DNA from: Candidatus Eiseniibacteriota bacterium
GTDB lineage: Bacteria > Eisenbacteria > RBG-16-71-46 > DASYSL01
NCBI GenBank assembly: GCA_046598045.1
Contig: JBKJJJ010000174.1
Coordinates: 49,291 to 113,290 of the forward strand
Reading direction: 5' to 3'
DNA length: 64,000 nucleotides
Made by a program: the position numbers and the translations under genes. The notes beneath the pieces were generated by a model, which worked only from the letters and a program-made list of their open reading frames with translations, was not told where the DNA came from and made no database searches. How positions within the stretch are numbered: position 1 is the stretch's first letter; the number at the start of each line of letters is the position of its first letter. This document shows positions 8,175-18,771 of this stretch, in pieces.

Positions 8175-9182
8175 ATGCCACTACGAGGCGCCTGCTCGGT
8201 CGTTGCCTGCGCGTTCGGCCTGTTGGCGGTTGGCCCGACGCTCTCGAGCGCGCAGTGTACCGGCGACGTCACCGACGACTTCGATGGCTCTACGCTTGGT
8301 CCGTTGTGGGCGAACGTTTCCCAGTGCGCAAGTAGCGTCACCGAGAGTGATGGGGTCCTCCATCTGTTCAAGCCCGACAACGGCCTCGGGTTCGCGATGG
8401 TACGTCTTGCGCCTGACAGGCTGCTGTGCGACGACTTCGATCTCGCAATCGACTACACGCTGAGCATGCCGCCGGCGCAGGACATGGGAGGCAGCATCCA
8501 TGGGACGCAGCTCTATACCGCGACCGGGACACTGGTCGCTGGCGCAGAGCGCTATAGGCAGGGGAGTACCTCATGCGTCTCGCCGCAGTATGACTCCTAC
8601 AAGTTCTACACGACCGTGCCGGGGTGTCCGACGGATGCCATCTACCTTCCCACCTCAGCCGCGGCCGGAAGGTTTCGGCTCATCCGAACCGGCGGGACGA
8701 TCGAAGCCTTCTATTGGAATGACACAGACTGGGTCCTGAGGATGAGTCGACCGATTACGACGGCAGCTGTCTATCTTCAGCTCAACAGCGGCACGAACTT
8801 TAGCATTTCTCCGGGGTTGAAGGCCGCCACCGGCGGCACGTTCGACAATTTTCACGTGGGCCTGCCGAACCTGGCTGGTGTCGCGCCCGGGACCGGAGCT
8901 TCTGGGCTGGCCTGTTCCGTGCAGCGAAATCCGATGCCGCGCTCGATTCCGGTGCGGTTCGTCTTCGAAACTCCGCGTGATGGGCGAGTGACTCTGCGGA
9001 TCTACAACGCAGGCGGAGCTCTTGTCGGGACGGCCCTGGACGAGGACCTTCCTTCGGGGGGTCACATCGCGAGCTGGAGTTCGACCTCTTCCGATGGCAG
9101 TCGGCTGGGCAGCGGTGTCTATTTTGCTCAGCTCGTCGCGAGCGGGCAGCGGGTTTCCACGCGAGTCGTCCTGCTTCCGTAG
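8175..9182 (+). CDS. Secreted protein with beta-sandwich domain and FlgD-Ig/T9SS-like C-terminal domain
   Basis: Signal peptide MPLRGACSVVACAFGLLAVGPTLSSA; RNP...IYNAGG...GSGVYF...VVLLP tail. Confidence 0.75.
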   Translation: MPLRGACSVVACAFGLLAVGPTLSSAQCTGDVTDDFDGSTLGPLWANVSQCASSVTESDGVLHLFKPDNGLGFAMVRLAPDRLLCDDFDLAIDYTLSMPPAQDMGGSIHGTQLYTATGTLVAGAERYRQGSTSCVSPQYDSYKFYTTVPGCPTDAIYLPTSAAAGRFRLIRTGGTIEAFYWNDTDWVLRMSRPITTAAVYLQLNSGTNFSISPGLKAATGGTFDNFHVGLPNLAGVAPGTGASGLACSVQRNPMPRSIPVRFVFETPRDGRVTLRIYNAGGALVGTALDEDLPSGGHIASWSSTSSDGSRLGSGVYFAQLVASGQRVSTRVVLLP

Positions 9183-9311
9183 TTGCGCGCGCCCTGCTCG
9201 TAGGGGATGGCAGGCGCCCTCGAGGCTTCCCCGGCCTGTGTTTAGGGGTCCACCGCTCATACTCACGGATGGGCGGTAATCGAGTTTGTTGACGGGCAGA
9301 ACCGGTTACGC

Positions 9312-10385
9312 CTAACGCCCGCCGTCCACCCACGCCAGCCCGAACGGCTCGGGCCCCACGCGGATACGATCGCTCACCGTGTTGGACGCGAGGTCGATGA
9401 CTGAAAGCTCGTCGTCGCGCGTCGAGGCGACGTACGCGCGCCTGCCGTCCGAGTCCAGCGCGATGCCCAGCGGGTAGGTCCCGACCGGGATGCTCCCGAG
9501 CCGCACGCGCGTTCGCGCGTCGAAGTAGGCCACCGAGCCCTCGCCCGCGTTGACCACGTAGGCGCGGCTCCCGTCGGCCGAGAGTGCGATGCGCACGGGC
9601 GCGCGCCCCGCGTTGAGCACCGCGAGCGAACCGAGCGTGTAGGGATCGAGCACGCTGACCGTGCCGTCGTCGCGGTTCGCGACCCATACTGCCGACCCGT
9701 CGGGCGCGACCACGACCGCCTCGGGCCCGGAGCGGACGCGGGTCTCCTGCACGTCGCCACCGGTCAGGTTCACGGCGAACAGCGTCGGACCGTTGGCGTC
9801 GGTGACGTACAGGCGGGTCTCGCTCGGGTCGAGCGCGACCTCGTGCGGGACGCCGTGAGGCAGCACGAACGTACGGTCAATTTGGCGCGACAGCAGGTTG
9901 ATCTCGAGCACCGAGCGGCGCGTCTCCGAGGCGGCGTAGAGGTACACGCCGGAGCGCGCGCAGGCCAGCCCGTGGAACCGTCCATAGGGATAGAAGTCCA
10001 GCCGGTCGATCTCCTGCCGCGACGACGTCGAGAGCACGGAGATCGTCCCCGCGCCGAACTGGCCGCCGTCGTAGTTCACGACGTAGATCCGGCGCTGGTC
10101 GGGCGAGACTGCGAGTTCGCGCGGATTGAAGCCCACGCGCGCGTAGGCGAAGACGCGGCGCGTGTCGGGGTTCAGGAACGCGACCGCACTGCCCGAGTTC
10201 TGCGTGACCACGAGCATGCCGCGCAGGGTCGCGCCGGGGTCGCGCTCGCGCAGCGAGTCGGGCCACGAGGCTTCGGCGCCGCCCGGCCCGGGCGCACGCT
10301 GGGCGACCGCGCCGCCGGTGGGCGCGCAGCCCGAGGCAAGCGCGGCAAGAACGAGAAGCGCGAGCAGGGTCCGGGTGTGCGTCAC
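9312..10385 (-). CDS. YVTN/YncE-type beta-propeller lipoprotein
   Basis: Lipobox LASGC; YVVN, YVTD, WVAN, YVAS blade repeats; start re-assigned to GTG 10385. Confidence 0.85.
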   Translation of the reverse strand: MTHTRTLLALLVLAALASGCAPTGGAVAQRAPGPGGAEASWPDSLRERDPGATLRGMLVVTQNSGSAVAFLNPDTRRVFAYARVGFNPRELAVSPDQRRIYVVNYDGGQFGAGTISVLSTSSRQEIDRLDFYPYGRFHGLACARSGVYLYAASETRRSVLEINLLSRQIDRTFVLPHGVPHEVALDPSETRLYVTDANGPTLFAVNLTGGDVQETRVRSGPEAVVVAPDGSAVWVANRDDGTVSVLDPYTLGSLAVLNAGRAPVRIALSADGSRAYVVNAGEGSVAYFDARTRVRLGSIPVGTYPLGIALDSDGRRAYVASTRDDELSVIDLASNTVSDRIRVGPEPFGLAWVDGGR

Positions 10386-10862
10386 GAGGGTCTCCGCGGT
10401 GGAAGCCGGCTTGGTCCTTCGGCGAGCGGCGAGTATATACTGCGCGTCCAGCGCTGGATCGGAGGAACGCCACGGTCTTCGCTCGCGTTCCTCGTGCCGG
10501 TCACGGGCCCGCACATGCCGGCCGTGATCCATGCGCTCATCAACGTGGTCATGCTGGTGCGCACGCTGATGCGCGTGCCGGCGTACGTGCTCGGCCTGTT
10601 GGCCGTCACCCTGTGGGTCAACGGGGCGAAGTCGCCCGGGATCGGGTTCTTCACGCCGGTGGTCATGATGCTGGCGGCCTCGACCCGGACGGCCTCGGAC
10701 CTGCTCGAGTATGTGGGCCGCGCCCGAGCGGCTGCCCAGCGGGCGCACTGGCCCCGGCCAAGCCCCTTGCGGCGTCAGGGGATGCGCTCTAATGTGACCC
10801 GGCCCGGGGCCCCGCCCGCTCAAGGATGGAGCATCCCCGGCCGATACCGTCAGGAGGCCGGC

Positions 10863-11054
10863 TTGCGCCGCTACGAATTGCAACTCTGGGAGCCGGACAA
10901 GGGTGGCTGGCGCACGGTCCTGACCGCGGCGAGCGCGGAAGTGCTCAAGCGCTCGGCGAGCACGCTCGAGTGGCAGACCCAGAAGCCCGTCCGGGTCCTG
11001 GGTCCCGACGGCGCCGTGCCTCACGGCGAGACCGAACTCGCCCATCGGGGGTAG
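10863..11054 (+). CDS. Small hypothetical protein (63 aa); frame is open upstream to ATG 10515 (hydrophobic segment)
   Basis: GGAGG then TTG 10863, MRRYELQLWEPDKGGWRTVL; coding-like codon usage. Confidence 0.5.
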   Translation: MRRYELQLWEPDKGGWRTVLTAASAEVLKRSASTLEWQTQKPVRVLGPDGAVPHGETELAHRG

Positions 11055-11057
11055 ACC

Positions 11058-11240
11058 GTGCAGGGAATCAGCGAATTCTTCCATGCCATGGGCCGCGAGG
11101 CCGCTTCGCTCTGGGACCTGATCACCGTCTGGCTGATCTCGGTGTTCGATCCGCAGTCGGGGATGATGCCCAAGCTGATCTTCGGCGGGGCGCTGCTGGC
11201 GGTCGTCTTCTATATCTCGCGGCGGGGCACGAAGTCCTAG
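11058..11240 (+). CDS. Small membrane protein
   Basis: 60 aa with C-terminal TM (LIFGGALLAVVFYI) and basic tail. Confidence 0.6.
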   Translation: MQGISEFFHAMGREAASLWDLITVWLISVFDPQSGMMPKLIFGGALLAVVFYISRRGTKS

Positions 11241-11243
11241 TTT

Positions 11244-12149
11244 CTAGCGGCTCGTTCGGGTGGAGAGTCCGACGCCCAACAGGATGAGCGCGGCGCCCAC
11301 CGCTTGCGAAAGCGTCAAACCTTCCCTCAGCCACAACGCCGACGACCCGATCGCCACGATCGGCTCGAGTAGCGCCACGATCCCGGCGCGCGAGGCATCG
11401 AGGCGCGCCAACCCCGCGTAGAACAGCCCGAACGGCACCAGCGCCGAGCCGAGCGCGATCACCAGGAACAGCCCCCACGCGCGCGCATCGTAGTGCGCGG
11501 CCACGATGATCCCGGGCGGATGAAAGACCATCCAGAACAGCGTCGCCACCAGGAATCCGTAGAACAGCACCGTGTAGGGCGACAGCCGCGCGAGCAGCCG
11601 TTTCGCGTATACAATGTAAAAGGCGAAGAACAGCGCCGATGCGAGCCCGAGCGCGATCCCCCTCGGGTTCGCGCGCGCGACCGCCGCGCCATCGGCGAGC
11701 ACCAGCAGCGCCACGCCGAGCGTCGCGCAGGCGAGCGCCACCAGTTCGAGCGGCCGCGGCGAGCGCCGCGCGGCGAGGGCCTCGTACGCGACCACGAGCG
11801 TGGGCGCGAGATATTGCAGCAGGATGGCCAGGTTGACGCCCACCCAGCTGACGTTCGTGTAATACGAACCCTGCACGGCCGCGATGCCGAACGTGCCCAG
11901 CAGGAGCAGCGGCAGCACGTCGCCGCGCCCGATCCGGAACAGCGCCGGCCGAAACAGCGCGAAGATCCCTGCCAGGAGGACGACCGAGATCGCGAGCCGG
12001 AGCTCGACCACGGTCAGCGGCGGCACGTCGTGCTTCATGGTCCAGCGCGCGAGCGTCGCGCTCGTGCCCCACAGCATGGTGGCGGCGATGACGCACAGGA
12101 ACCCCGCGCGCGCCCTTGCCGCCGCCGTTGCCCCGGACTCGCCGCTCAG
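11244..12149 (-). CDS. EamA/DMT family transporter (probable CTG start at 12149; first ATG 12077)
   Basis: About 10 TM helices; LWGTS, LQYLAP, LLEPIVA motifs. Confidence 0.9.
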   Translation of the reverse strand: MSGESGATAAARARAGFLCVIAATMLWGTSATLARWTMKHDVPPLTVVELRLAISVVLLAGIFALFRPALFRIGRGDVLPLLLLGTFGIAAVQGSYYTNVSWVGVNLAILLQYLAPTLVVAYEALAARRSPRPLELVALACATLGVALLVLADGAAVARANPRGIALGLASALFFAFYIVYAKRLLARLSPYTVLFYGFLVATLFWMVFHPPGIIVAAHYDARAWGLFLVIALGSALVPFGLFYAGLARLDASRAGIVALLEPIVAIGSSALWLREGLTLSQAVGAALILLGVGLSTRTSR

Positions 12150-13381
12150 TTCGCCTCCAGCACGAGACCCGGGCGATTCGACGTGTGCGCCAGCCTGGCG
12201 AGATCGACCGGGAGGATGTGCGCCCCGTAGCGCCGGTTGATCGCCTCGAGGAACACATTGGCGAGGATGCCCGAGCCCAGCGCGGTCGGATGGATGCCAT
12301 CGAGGCTGAACAGCCCGCCCGTGAGGAACGCGGTCGTGTAGCGCACGCCCCCGATCACGACGCCGTCATGGTTGATGCGGTCATAGGTCGTGTACTCGTC
12401 GACCAGTGCCGCGCCCCGGGCCTGGGCCTCGGAGGCGATCACGGCGTTGTAGCCCTGGACCGCGCTCTCGATCGCCGCGCGCTCGGCGAGCGTGATCACG
12501 AGGCTGTCGGGCAACGGCGGCGCCGGCGATGGAAAGCCGTAATGCGCCTGGATCAAGGGGATCGCTGTCAGGAGGATGAGCGTGCCGTCGGGCAGCAGCC
12601 CCGCGCCGTCGCGCAGGCGCACGGGCACGAGCGCGCCGCCCGGGCCGATCGGCGCCTGCGCCACGGGCGGTACGGTGGCCGCGTAGGGGATGAGCGTGAT
12701 CGGCGGGATGTTCGAGAGCGCGAGGCGGGCGTTCGGCGCGCCGGCGGCGAGCGAGTCCATGAGCTGCGTGTAGAGCGTGGCGAACACCGGTACCGGAGTG
12801 ATGGCCGTGGGGTCGCCACCGCGGAGCACGGGGCGCACGGCCTCGTTCGCGCCCAGTTCGACGGTGATGAACGTCGGGTTCTGCGCGATGCACTGCCTGA
12901 GCATTGCGCCGTGCCCCTGGAGCACGAAGTCGAAGTAGGGTACGCCGGTCTCCTGCGCGATCGCTGCGGCGACGCCCGCCCCGGAGATCGCGAGATTGTC
13001 GTAGCCGTCCGGCGGGCGCGCATTGTAGGGCGCGGACGGCGGCGTGCCTGGAAGCGTGCTGAACGTGAGCGGCGAGAGCGAGACCAGCGTGATCAGGTTC
13101 GGCAGTCCGGGCTCCCCGCACAAAGGCTGGCTGAACCCGCCGCCGTTCGCCCGCGCCTGGCGCGCGATCAGCCGGGGCACGGACGTGACCTGGTTCTGGG
13201 CCAGCAACCCGCCCGACCGGATGCCCATCGAGACGCTGGTGCCGATCGCGACGTAGCTCGAAAAGTCGGCTTCGCCGGTGCTCGATGCGGGCGGCGCGAT
13301 CGGGTCGAGCTTTGCACATCCAGAGGCCAGCAGGACGAGCAGCGCAGCCGCGCTGGCATACCGGGTGCGATCGATGCGCAT
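12146..13381 (-). CDS. SGNH/GDSL lipolytic lipoprotein
   Basis: Lipobox LASGC; block I AIGTSVSMG, NLAISGA, LGANE, FSLDGIHP. Confidence 0.85.
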   Translation of the reverse strand: MRIDRTRYASAAALLVLLASGCAKLDPIAPPASSTGEADFSSYVAIGTSVSMGIRSGGLLAQNQVTSVPRLIARQARANGGGFSQPLCGEPGLPNLITLVSLSPLTFSTLPGTPPSAPYNARPPDGYDNLAISGAGVAAAIAQETGVPYFDFVLQGHGAMLRQCIAQNPTFITVELGANEAVRPVLRGGDPTAITPVPVFATLYTQLMDSLAAGAPNARLALSNIPPITLIPYAATVPPVAQAPIGPGGALVPVRLRDGAGLLPDGTLILLTAIPLIQAHYGFPSPAPPLPDSLVITLAERAAIESAVQGYNAVIASEAQARGAALVDEYTTYDRINHDGVVIGGVRYTTAFLTGGLFSLDGIHPTALGSGILANVFLEAINRRYGAHILPVDLARLAHTSNRPGLVLEAN

Positions 13382-13400
13382 GGCGATCCTCCTCGCGCGG

Positions 13401-14699
13401 CTAGTGGAAGTGGAACCCGAGGCTCAGCCCCGAGAGAAACGTTCCGGTCGAGTAGGTGCCGTCGTAGCCGTCGCGATTCTCGCCCTCGGTCGAGCGGTCG
13501 GGCACGATCAACCACAGCGCGTAGCCGTTCACGGAAACGTTGCGCCCGTCGCGGCCGAACCCGAGCGAGACGCCGTGGCGGTCGGAGTCGGGGAGCAGCG
13601 GGCCGAGGCTGGCGCGCGGTTGCGGCGTCTGGTCGAAGTAGTAGCCGGCGCGGTACGACCATGCCGCCGTGCCGCCCCTGCGATACTCGGTCCCGACGCG
13701 CACGTTGACCACGTCCTTCCAGTCTTCGATCTGAGTGAAGTTCGCCGATGGCGTCTGCTCGAATGCGACCTCGAGCCGGTCGAATGTGCTCCACCACGTG
13801 AGATTGAGGTCGGCCTCGAACGCCCACGACGGGCACGATTGGTAGGCGATACCGAGCGACCCCTGGGCGGGGAACGGGATCGACGTCGCCACCCGCTGGT
13901 CGGGCGGGAACGCGGCTGCCACGATGGGATCGAACAGCGGGTCGCCCGAGGGGGCCTGCGCGAAGTCGGCGCGCCCCGTGTATTCGATCCCGACGCGGCT
14001 CCGGTAGGTTGCGCCGAACTTGCAGCGGCCGGGCGGCCACCACTGCACGCCCAGGTTGTAGCCCGCGCCGAAGGTGCTCTCGCTCGTGAGAGCGACCCGC
14101 CCGACGTCCACCGTCGCCTCGAGGTACGGATCGTACGCCGCGATGTGGCGCGCGAGCTCGACGTGCGAGACCACGAGGTTCGCGCCCGCCCCCACGCGCA
14201 GGCGATCGTTGAGCGTGACCGCGACCGTGGGCACGAAGAAGAACGGCGTGATCTTCGAGTGCGTGGAGATAAAGCGCCCCGAGTAGAACAACGGCATCGC
14301 CCACTCGACCTCGAGACCGTACGGGTTGTAGATCCCGATGCCCGCAGAGGCCTTGCGCCCGATGCCCTGCGCATAATAACCGGCCATCGGCACGAACGCC
14401 TCGGTGCGCGTGTTCTCATGCACGCCATAACCCGGGTTCGGGTCGACGCCGGCGAATTCGGTCTTGTAGAGGATCAGGTTCGGCGACAGAAGCAGCTCCT
14501 TGCCATCGATGCGCGACAGTCCAGCCGGGTTGAAATAGATCGACGAGGGATCATCGGCACGCGCGGTGAACGCGCCCGCCTGTCCGGTCGCACGCGCGCC
14601 CTGTTCGTACAGCCCGTAGCCGGCTGCGCGTGCGAGTGCGGGCGCGCACAGCATCAGCGTGGCGATCCCCAGGCAGCGCGCCCGGCGCGAGCTCTTCAT
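13401..14699 (-). CDS. fadL: OmpP1/FadL long-chain fatty acid outer-membrane transporter
   Basis: AGYGLYEQGARATGQAGAFTARADDPSSIYFNPAGL N-terminus; beta-barrel pattern. Confidence 0.9.
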   Translation of the reverse strand: MKSSRRARCLGIATLMLCAPALARAAGYGLYEQGARATGQAGAFTARADDPSSIYFNPAGLSRIDGKELLLSPNLILYKTEFAGVDPNPGYGVHENTRTEAFVPMAGYYAQGIGRKASAGIGIYNPYGLEVEWAMPLFYSGRFISTHSKITPFFFVPTVAVTLNDRLRVGAGANLVVSHVELARHIAAYDPYLEATVDVGRVALTSESTFGAGYNLGVQWWPPGRCKFGATYRSRVGIEYTGRADFAQAPSGDPLFDPIVAAAFPPDQRVATSIPFPAQGSLGIAYQSCPSWAFEADLNLTWWSTFDRLEVAFEQTPSANFTQIEDWKDVVNVRVGTEYRRGGTAAWSYRAGYYFDQTPQPRASLGPLLPDSDRHGVSLGFGRDGRNVSVNGYALWLIVPDRSTEGENRDGYDGTYSTGTFLSGLSLGFHFH

Positions 14700-16543
14700 G
14701 GCGTCCTCCCCGCGCTCGAATCCGGGTCGTGCGGAGCCGGGCCCGGAGTCTCGTGCCCGGCGTAGAGCGCGTCGATTTCATGCGCGTAGTGCTGGGCCAC
14801 GATCTTGCGGCGCACCTTGAGCGTGGGGGTCAGCTCACCCTGGTCCTGCGAGAATTCCCGCTCGAGCAGGCGGAAGCGCTTGATCTGTTCGAAGCGCGCG
14901 AGGTCCTTCGTGAGCGTCATGATCTCGCTCTGCATGAATTCGACGATGGCCGGGTGTTTCACGAGGTCCTGACGCTCGACGTACGAGATGCCCTTCGCGC
15001 GCGCGTAGGTCTCGAGTTGCTCGAAGTTGGGCACGATCAGCGCGCTGATGAACGGGCGCTGGTCGCCGATCAGCACCGCCTCGGCGATGTACTTGCTGGT
15101 CTTGAGCGCGTTCTCGATCGGCTGGGGCGCGATGTTCTTGCCGCCCGCGGTGACCAGCAGGTCCTTCTTGCGGTCGGTGATCACGAGGTGTCCGTCCTCG
15201 TCGAGGTGGCCGATGTCGCCGGTGTGGAACCAGCCGCCCGTTATCGCCGCCTCGGTCTCGCCCGGGAGGTGGAAGTAGCCCTTCATCACGCCGGGCCCCT
15301 GCACCAGGATTTCGCCGTCCTCGGCGATGCGCACGACCACGTTCGCGATCGGCGGGCCGACCGTGCCGGGCTTGTTGCGGGCAGGTCGGTTGACCGCGAT
15401 CACGGGCGAGGTCTCGGTCAAACCGTAGCCCTCGAGCACGGGCAGCCCCGCGCCCAGGAAGAACTCCGCGATCTCGGCCCCGAGTGGCGCACCGCCGGAG
15501 ACGAAGAACCGGATGCGCCCGCCCATGCGCGCGCGCAGCTTCGAGTACACGAGCTTGTCGAAGAGCGCGTGCTGGAGCGCGAGCCACGGCGGGATCGATT
15601 TGCGCGCGACGAACAGCCGCGCCCAGCGCAGCGCCACCGCCTGCGCGCGCAGGAAGATCGCGCGCGGGAGCGGCCCGCCCGCGTGCGCGCTGTCGACCAC
15701 GCGACCGTAGATGCGCTCGAACAGGCGCGGCACCGCGAACACGACCGTGGGCCGGACCTCCTGCAGGTTGGCGGCGAACGCCTCCACGCTCTCGGCGTAG
15801 GCCACACTGACCGCGCGCGAGATCATCGTGTAGTGCCCGGCCATGCGCTCGAAGATGTGCGACAGCGGCAAGACCGAGAGCGCCGAGTCGGCGGGCGAGA
15901 TCTCGAACTCGAGGAGGCCGTCGCGCACGTTCGAGGCGAGGTTCGCATGGGTCAGCATCACGCCCTTGGGCACGCCCGTCGTGCCCGAGGTGTAGATCAG
16001 CGTGGCGATCGACTCCGGCGTGACCGCGTCGCCGAGCCGGGTCGCCAACGCCGGATCCGCGGCGAGCGCGGCGGCCCCTTCGGCGATCAGGGCATCCCAC
16101 GTCACGGCACCGATTGCTTCGCCCTGGGCGGGGTCCATCAGGATCGCCGCCTTGAGCGCGGGCAGCTCGCCGGCGATCGAGCGCACCTTCGCGAGCTGGG
16201 TCGCCGTCGAGACGAGGACGAGCCTGGACTCGGAGTCGTGGAGGATGTGGCGCACCTGGGCGGCGGTGAGCGTGGCGTAGATCGGCACCGTCGCCGCGCC
16301 CGCGGTCAGGATGCCGAAGTCGCCGAGCGCCCATTCGAGGCGGTTTTCCGCCAGGATCGCCACCCGGTCCGCGGGCGCGATGCCGCGCGCGGACAACGCG
16401 GCGGCGAGGCGCTCGATCGTGCGCTGCGCATCGGCGGAGGAGACGTCCTGCCACGCGCCCGAGACCTTGTGGCGAAACGCATCGGGCCTCGGGTGGTCGC
16501 GAAACGCCGCTCGGTACAATTCGACCAGGGTCGTGAACGCCAA
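14696..16543 (-). CDS. fadD: Long-chain fatty acid-CoA ligase
   Basis: YTSGTTGVPKG, EGYGLTET, GWFHTGDIG, DRKKD; TTG 16543 with GGAGGA RBS. Confidence 0.92.
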   Translation of the reverse strand: MAFTTLVELYRAAFRDHPRPDAFRHKVSGAWQDVSSADAQRTIERLAAALSARGIAPADRVAILAENRLEWALGDFGILTAGAATVPIYATLTAAQVRHILHDSESRLVLVSTATQLAKVRSIAGELPALKAAILMDPAQGEAIGAVTWDALIAEGAAALAADPALATRLGDAVTPESIATLIYTSGTTGVPKGVMLTHANLASNVRDGLLEFEISPADSALSVLPLSHIFERMAGHYTMISRAVSVAYAESVEAFAANLQEVRPTVVFAVPRLFERIYGRVVDSAHAGGPLPRAIFLRAQAVALRWARLFVARKSIPPWLALQHALFDKLVYSKLRARMGGRIRFFVSGGAPLGAEIAEFFLGAGLPVLEGYGLTETSPVIAVNRPARNKPGTVGPPIANVVVRIAEDGEILVQGPGVMKGYFHLPGETEAAITGGWFHTGDIGHLDEDGHLVITDRKKDLLVTAGGKNIAPQPIENALKTSKYIAEAVLIGDQRPFISALIVPNFEQLETYARAKGISYVERQDLVKHPAIVEFMQSEIMTLTKDLARFEQIKRFRLLEREFSQDQGELTPTLKVRRKIVAQHYAHEIDALYAGHETPGPAPHDPDSSAGRTP

Positions 16544-16653
16544 CCGTCCTCCGCTCGGTTCGAGGTGCGTCCACCATAGAACCCGCCCCGCCCCGCGCCA
16601 AGGGCCTTGACGCCACACCTCGCGCTTGAAACAGTCGCGCCGGGAGGGCCTCC

Positions 16654-17442
16654 ATGCGTTCCATCCGATCCGCGTTTACTCTGGCACTTGGCTTCGTGGC
16701 GCTCGTCTGTGCGCCCGGGATGGCCGCCGCCAGCCCCGGGGCGGCGCTCGCGCTCGAGCGCGGCAAGACGGCCGAGCGCGCGTTCGACGTCTACAGCGCC
16801 TACGGCGAGTACCGCAAGGCGGCGGCGATCGACTCCACCTCGTTCGAGTTGTGGTGGCGCCTCGCCCACGCCGCCGGCGACGCCGGGGACCGCGCCCAGT
16901 TCGATCATGACAAGAAGCGCGCCGAGGCCGCGTTCGCCGAGGCGGTTCGCGCCGCGCGCCGGGCCGTCGCCCTCGAGCCGGGCGCCTACGAGGGCCATAT
17001 CGAGCTCGCGTCCTCGCTCGGCCGCTTTGCGCTGTTCCAGGGCGGCAAGGCCAAGATCCGGATGGCGAACGAGGTCAAGCTCGAGGCCGACAAAGCGCTC
17101 GCGATCAACCCGCAATCGGATCGCGCGTACCACGTGCTGGCGCGCTGGAACCGCGCGATCGCCGAGCTGTCGTTCTTCGAGAAAGCGGCGGCAAGGGTCA
17201 TCTTCGGCGGCGTGCCCGAGGGCGCGTCCATGAACAACGCGGTCACCCTGTTCGAGAAGGCGATCGCGCTCAATCCCGACCATGCGAACCACCGCCTCGA
17301 ACTCGGGCGGACCTATCTCGATCTCGGGCTCAAGGACAAGGCGCGCGAGCAGCTGACCCGCGCGCTCGCGTGCCCGCGGCAGAGTCCCTTCGACCCCGAG
17401 TACAAGGCGGACGCGCAAGTGCTCCTGCGCCGGACGCACTGA
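16654..17442 (+). CDS. Secreted TPR protein
   Basis: Signal peptide; helical TPR repeats (FEKAIALNP...LELGRTYLDLG). Confidence 0.8.
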   Translation: MRSIRSAFTLALGFVALVCAPGMAAASPGAALALERGKTAERAFDVYSAYGEYRKAAAIDSTSFELWWRLAHAAGDAGDRAQFDHDKKRAEAAFAEAVRAARRAVALEPGAYEGHIELASSLGRFALFQGGKAKIRMANEVKLEADKALAINPQSDRAYHVLARWNRAIAELSFFEKAAARVIFGGVPEGASMNNAVTLFEKAIALNPDHANHRLELGRTYLDLGLKDKAREQLTRALACPRQSPFDPEYKADAQVLLRRTH

Positions 17443-17448
17443 GGTTCC

Positions 17449-18771
17449 ATGGCGATCGGTATCGACGGGACCAACGGCCGGAGCATCGTGATCGTGGACG
17501 GACTGCGCACGCCGTTCGCCAAGGCCGGTGCGGCGTTCAAGGACGTTCCCGCAGCCGAGCTCGGCCGCGTCGCGGTGCAGGAGCTGCTCGCGCGCACCGG
17601 CTTCGATCCCGCGAGGCTCGATGAAGTCGTGCTCGGCAATTGCGGCACGCCCGCGGACGCCGCGAACATCGGGCGCGTGTCCGCGCTCGAGGCCGGCGTG
17701 CCGAAGAGCGTGCCCGCGTTCACCGTGCACCGCAATTGCGCGTCGGGCATCGAGTCGATCGCCCAGGCCGCGTACAAGATCGGCGCGGGCGCGGCGCACG
17801 CGATCATCGCCGGCGGCACCGAGTCGATGTCGAACTATCCGCTGATGTTCGGCCACGACCTGGCGGAGGCGTTCGCGGCCTCGGCGCGCGGCAGGTCCCT
17901 GCCCGCGAAGCTCGCGCCGTTTCTCGGGCTCAAGCCCGCCGCGCTCCAGCCCCGCATTGCGATCCTCGAGGGGCTGAACGATCCGGTGAGCGGGCTCAAC
18001 ATGGGCCAGACCGCCGAGGTCCTCGCGCGCGAGTTCGCGATTCCGCGGGAGGCGCAGGATGTGTTCGCGCTCGAATCCCATCGTCGCACGATCGCCGCGT
18101 GGGACGAGGGCCGTTTCAAGGACGAGGTCATCCCCGTCTATCCGGCGCCCACGTTCGCTCCGGTGGTCGAGGACGTTGGCCCGCGCCGCGAACAGACGCT
18201 CGAGCAGCTCGCGAAGCTCAGGCCGTTCTTCGACCGCCGCCACGGCACGGTCACCGTGGGCAACGCCTGCCCGATCACCGACGGCGCCGCCGCCGTGCTG
18301 GTGATGGACGAAGAGCGCGCACGCGCCGAGGGCTATCACCCGCTCGGGCGCCTGCGCTCGTTCGCGTTCGCCGGCCTCGACCCCGAGCGCATGGGGCTCG
18401 GGCCGGTGTACGCCACGCCCGTGGCGCTCGCGCGCGCGGGCGTCACGCTCGACGACATCGCGCTGATCGAGATCAACGAGGCATTCGCCGCGCAGGTGCT
18501 CGCCTGCCTCGCCGCGTTCGAGAGCGACGCGTTCGCGCGCGAGAAGCTCGGCCTGGGCAAGGCGATCGGCGCGATCGACCCCGCGAAGCTCAACGTCAAC
18601 GGCGGCGCGATCGCGCTCGGCCACCCGGTGGGTGTGAGCGGGACGCGCATCGTGCTCACGCTGCTCAAGGAGTTGCGCCGTCGCGGCGGCGGACTCGGCC
18701 TCGCCACGCTGTGCGTCGGCGGCGGCCAGGGCGCGGCGGTGGTCGTCGAGTCGATGCCGGAGGCCGCGTGA
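17449..18771 (+). CDS. fadI: Acetyl-CoA C-acyltransferase (3-ketoacyl-CoA thiolase, FadI-like)
   Basis: NCASG, EINEAFA, GGAIALGHP, LCVGGGQG. Confidence 0.92.
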   Translation: MAIGIDGTNGRSIVIVDGLRTPFAKAGAAFKDVPAAELGRVAVQELLARTGFDPARLDEVVLGNCGTPADAANIGRVSALEAGVPKSVPAFTVHRNCASGIESIAQAAYKIGAGAAHAIIAGGTESMSNYPLMFGHDLAEAFAASARGRSLPAKLAPFLGLKPAALQPRIAILEGLNDPVSGLNMGQTAEVLAREFAIPREAQDVFALESHRRTIAAWDEGRFKDEVIPVYPAPTFAPVVEDVGPRREQTLEQLAKLRPFFDRRHGTVTVGNACPITDGAAAVLVMDEERARAEGYHPLGRLRSFAFAGLDPERMGLGPVYATPVALARAGVTLDDIALIEINEAFAAQVLACLAAFESDAFAREKLGLGKAIGAIDPAKLNVNGGAIALGHPVGVSGTRIVLTLLKELRRRGGGLGLATLCVGGGQGAAVVVESMPEAA

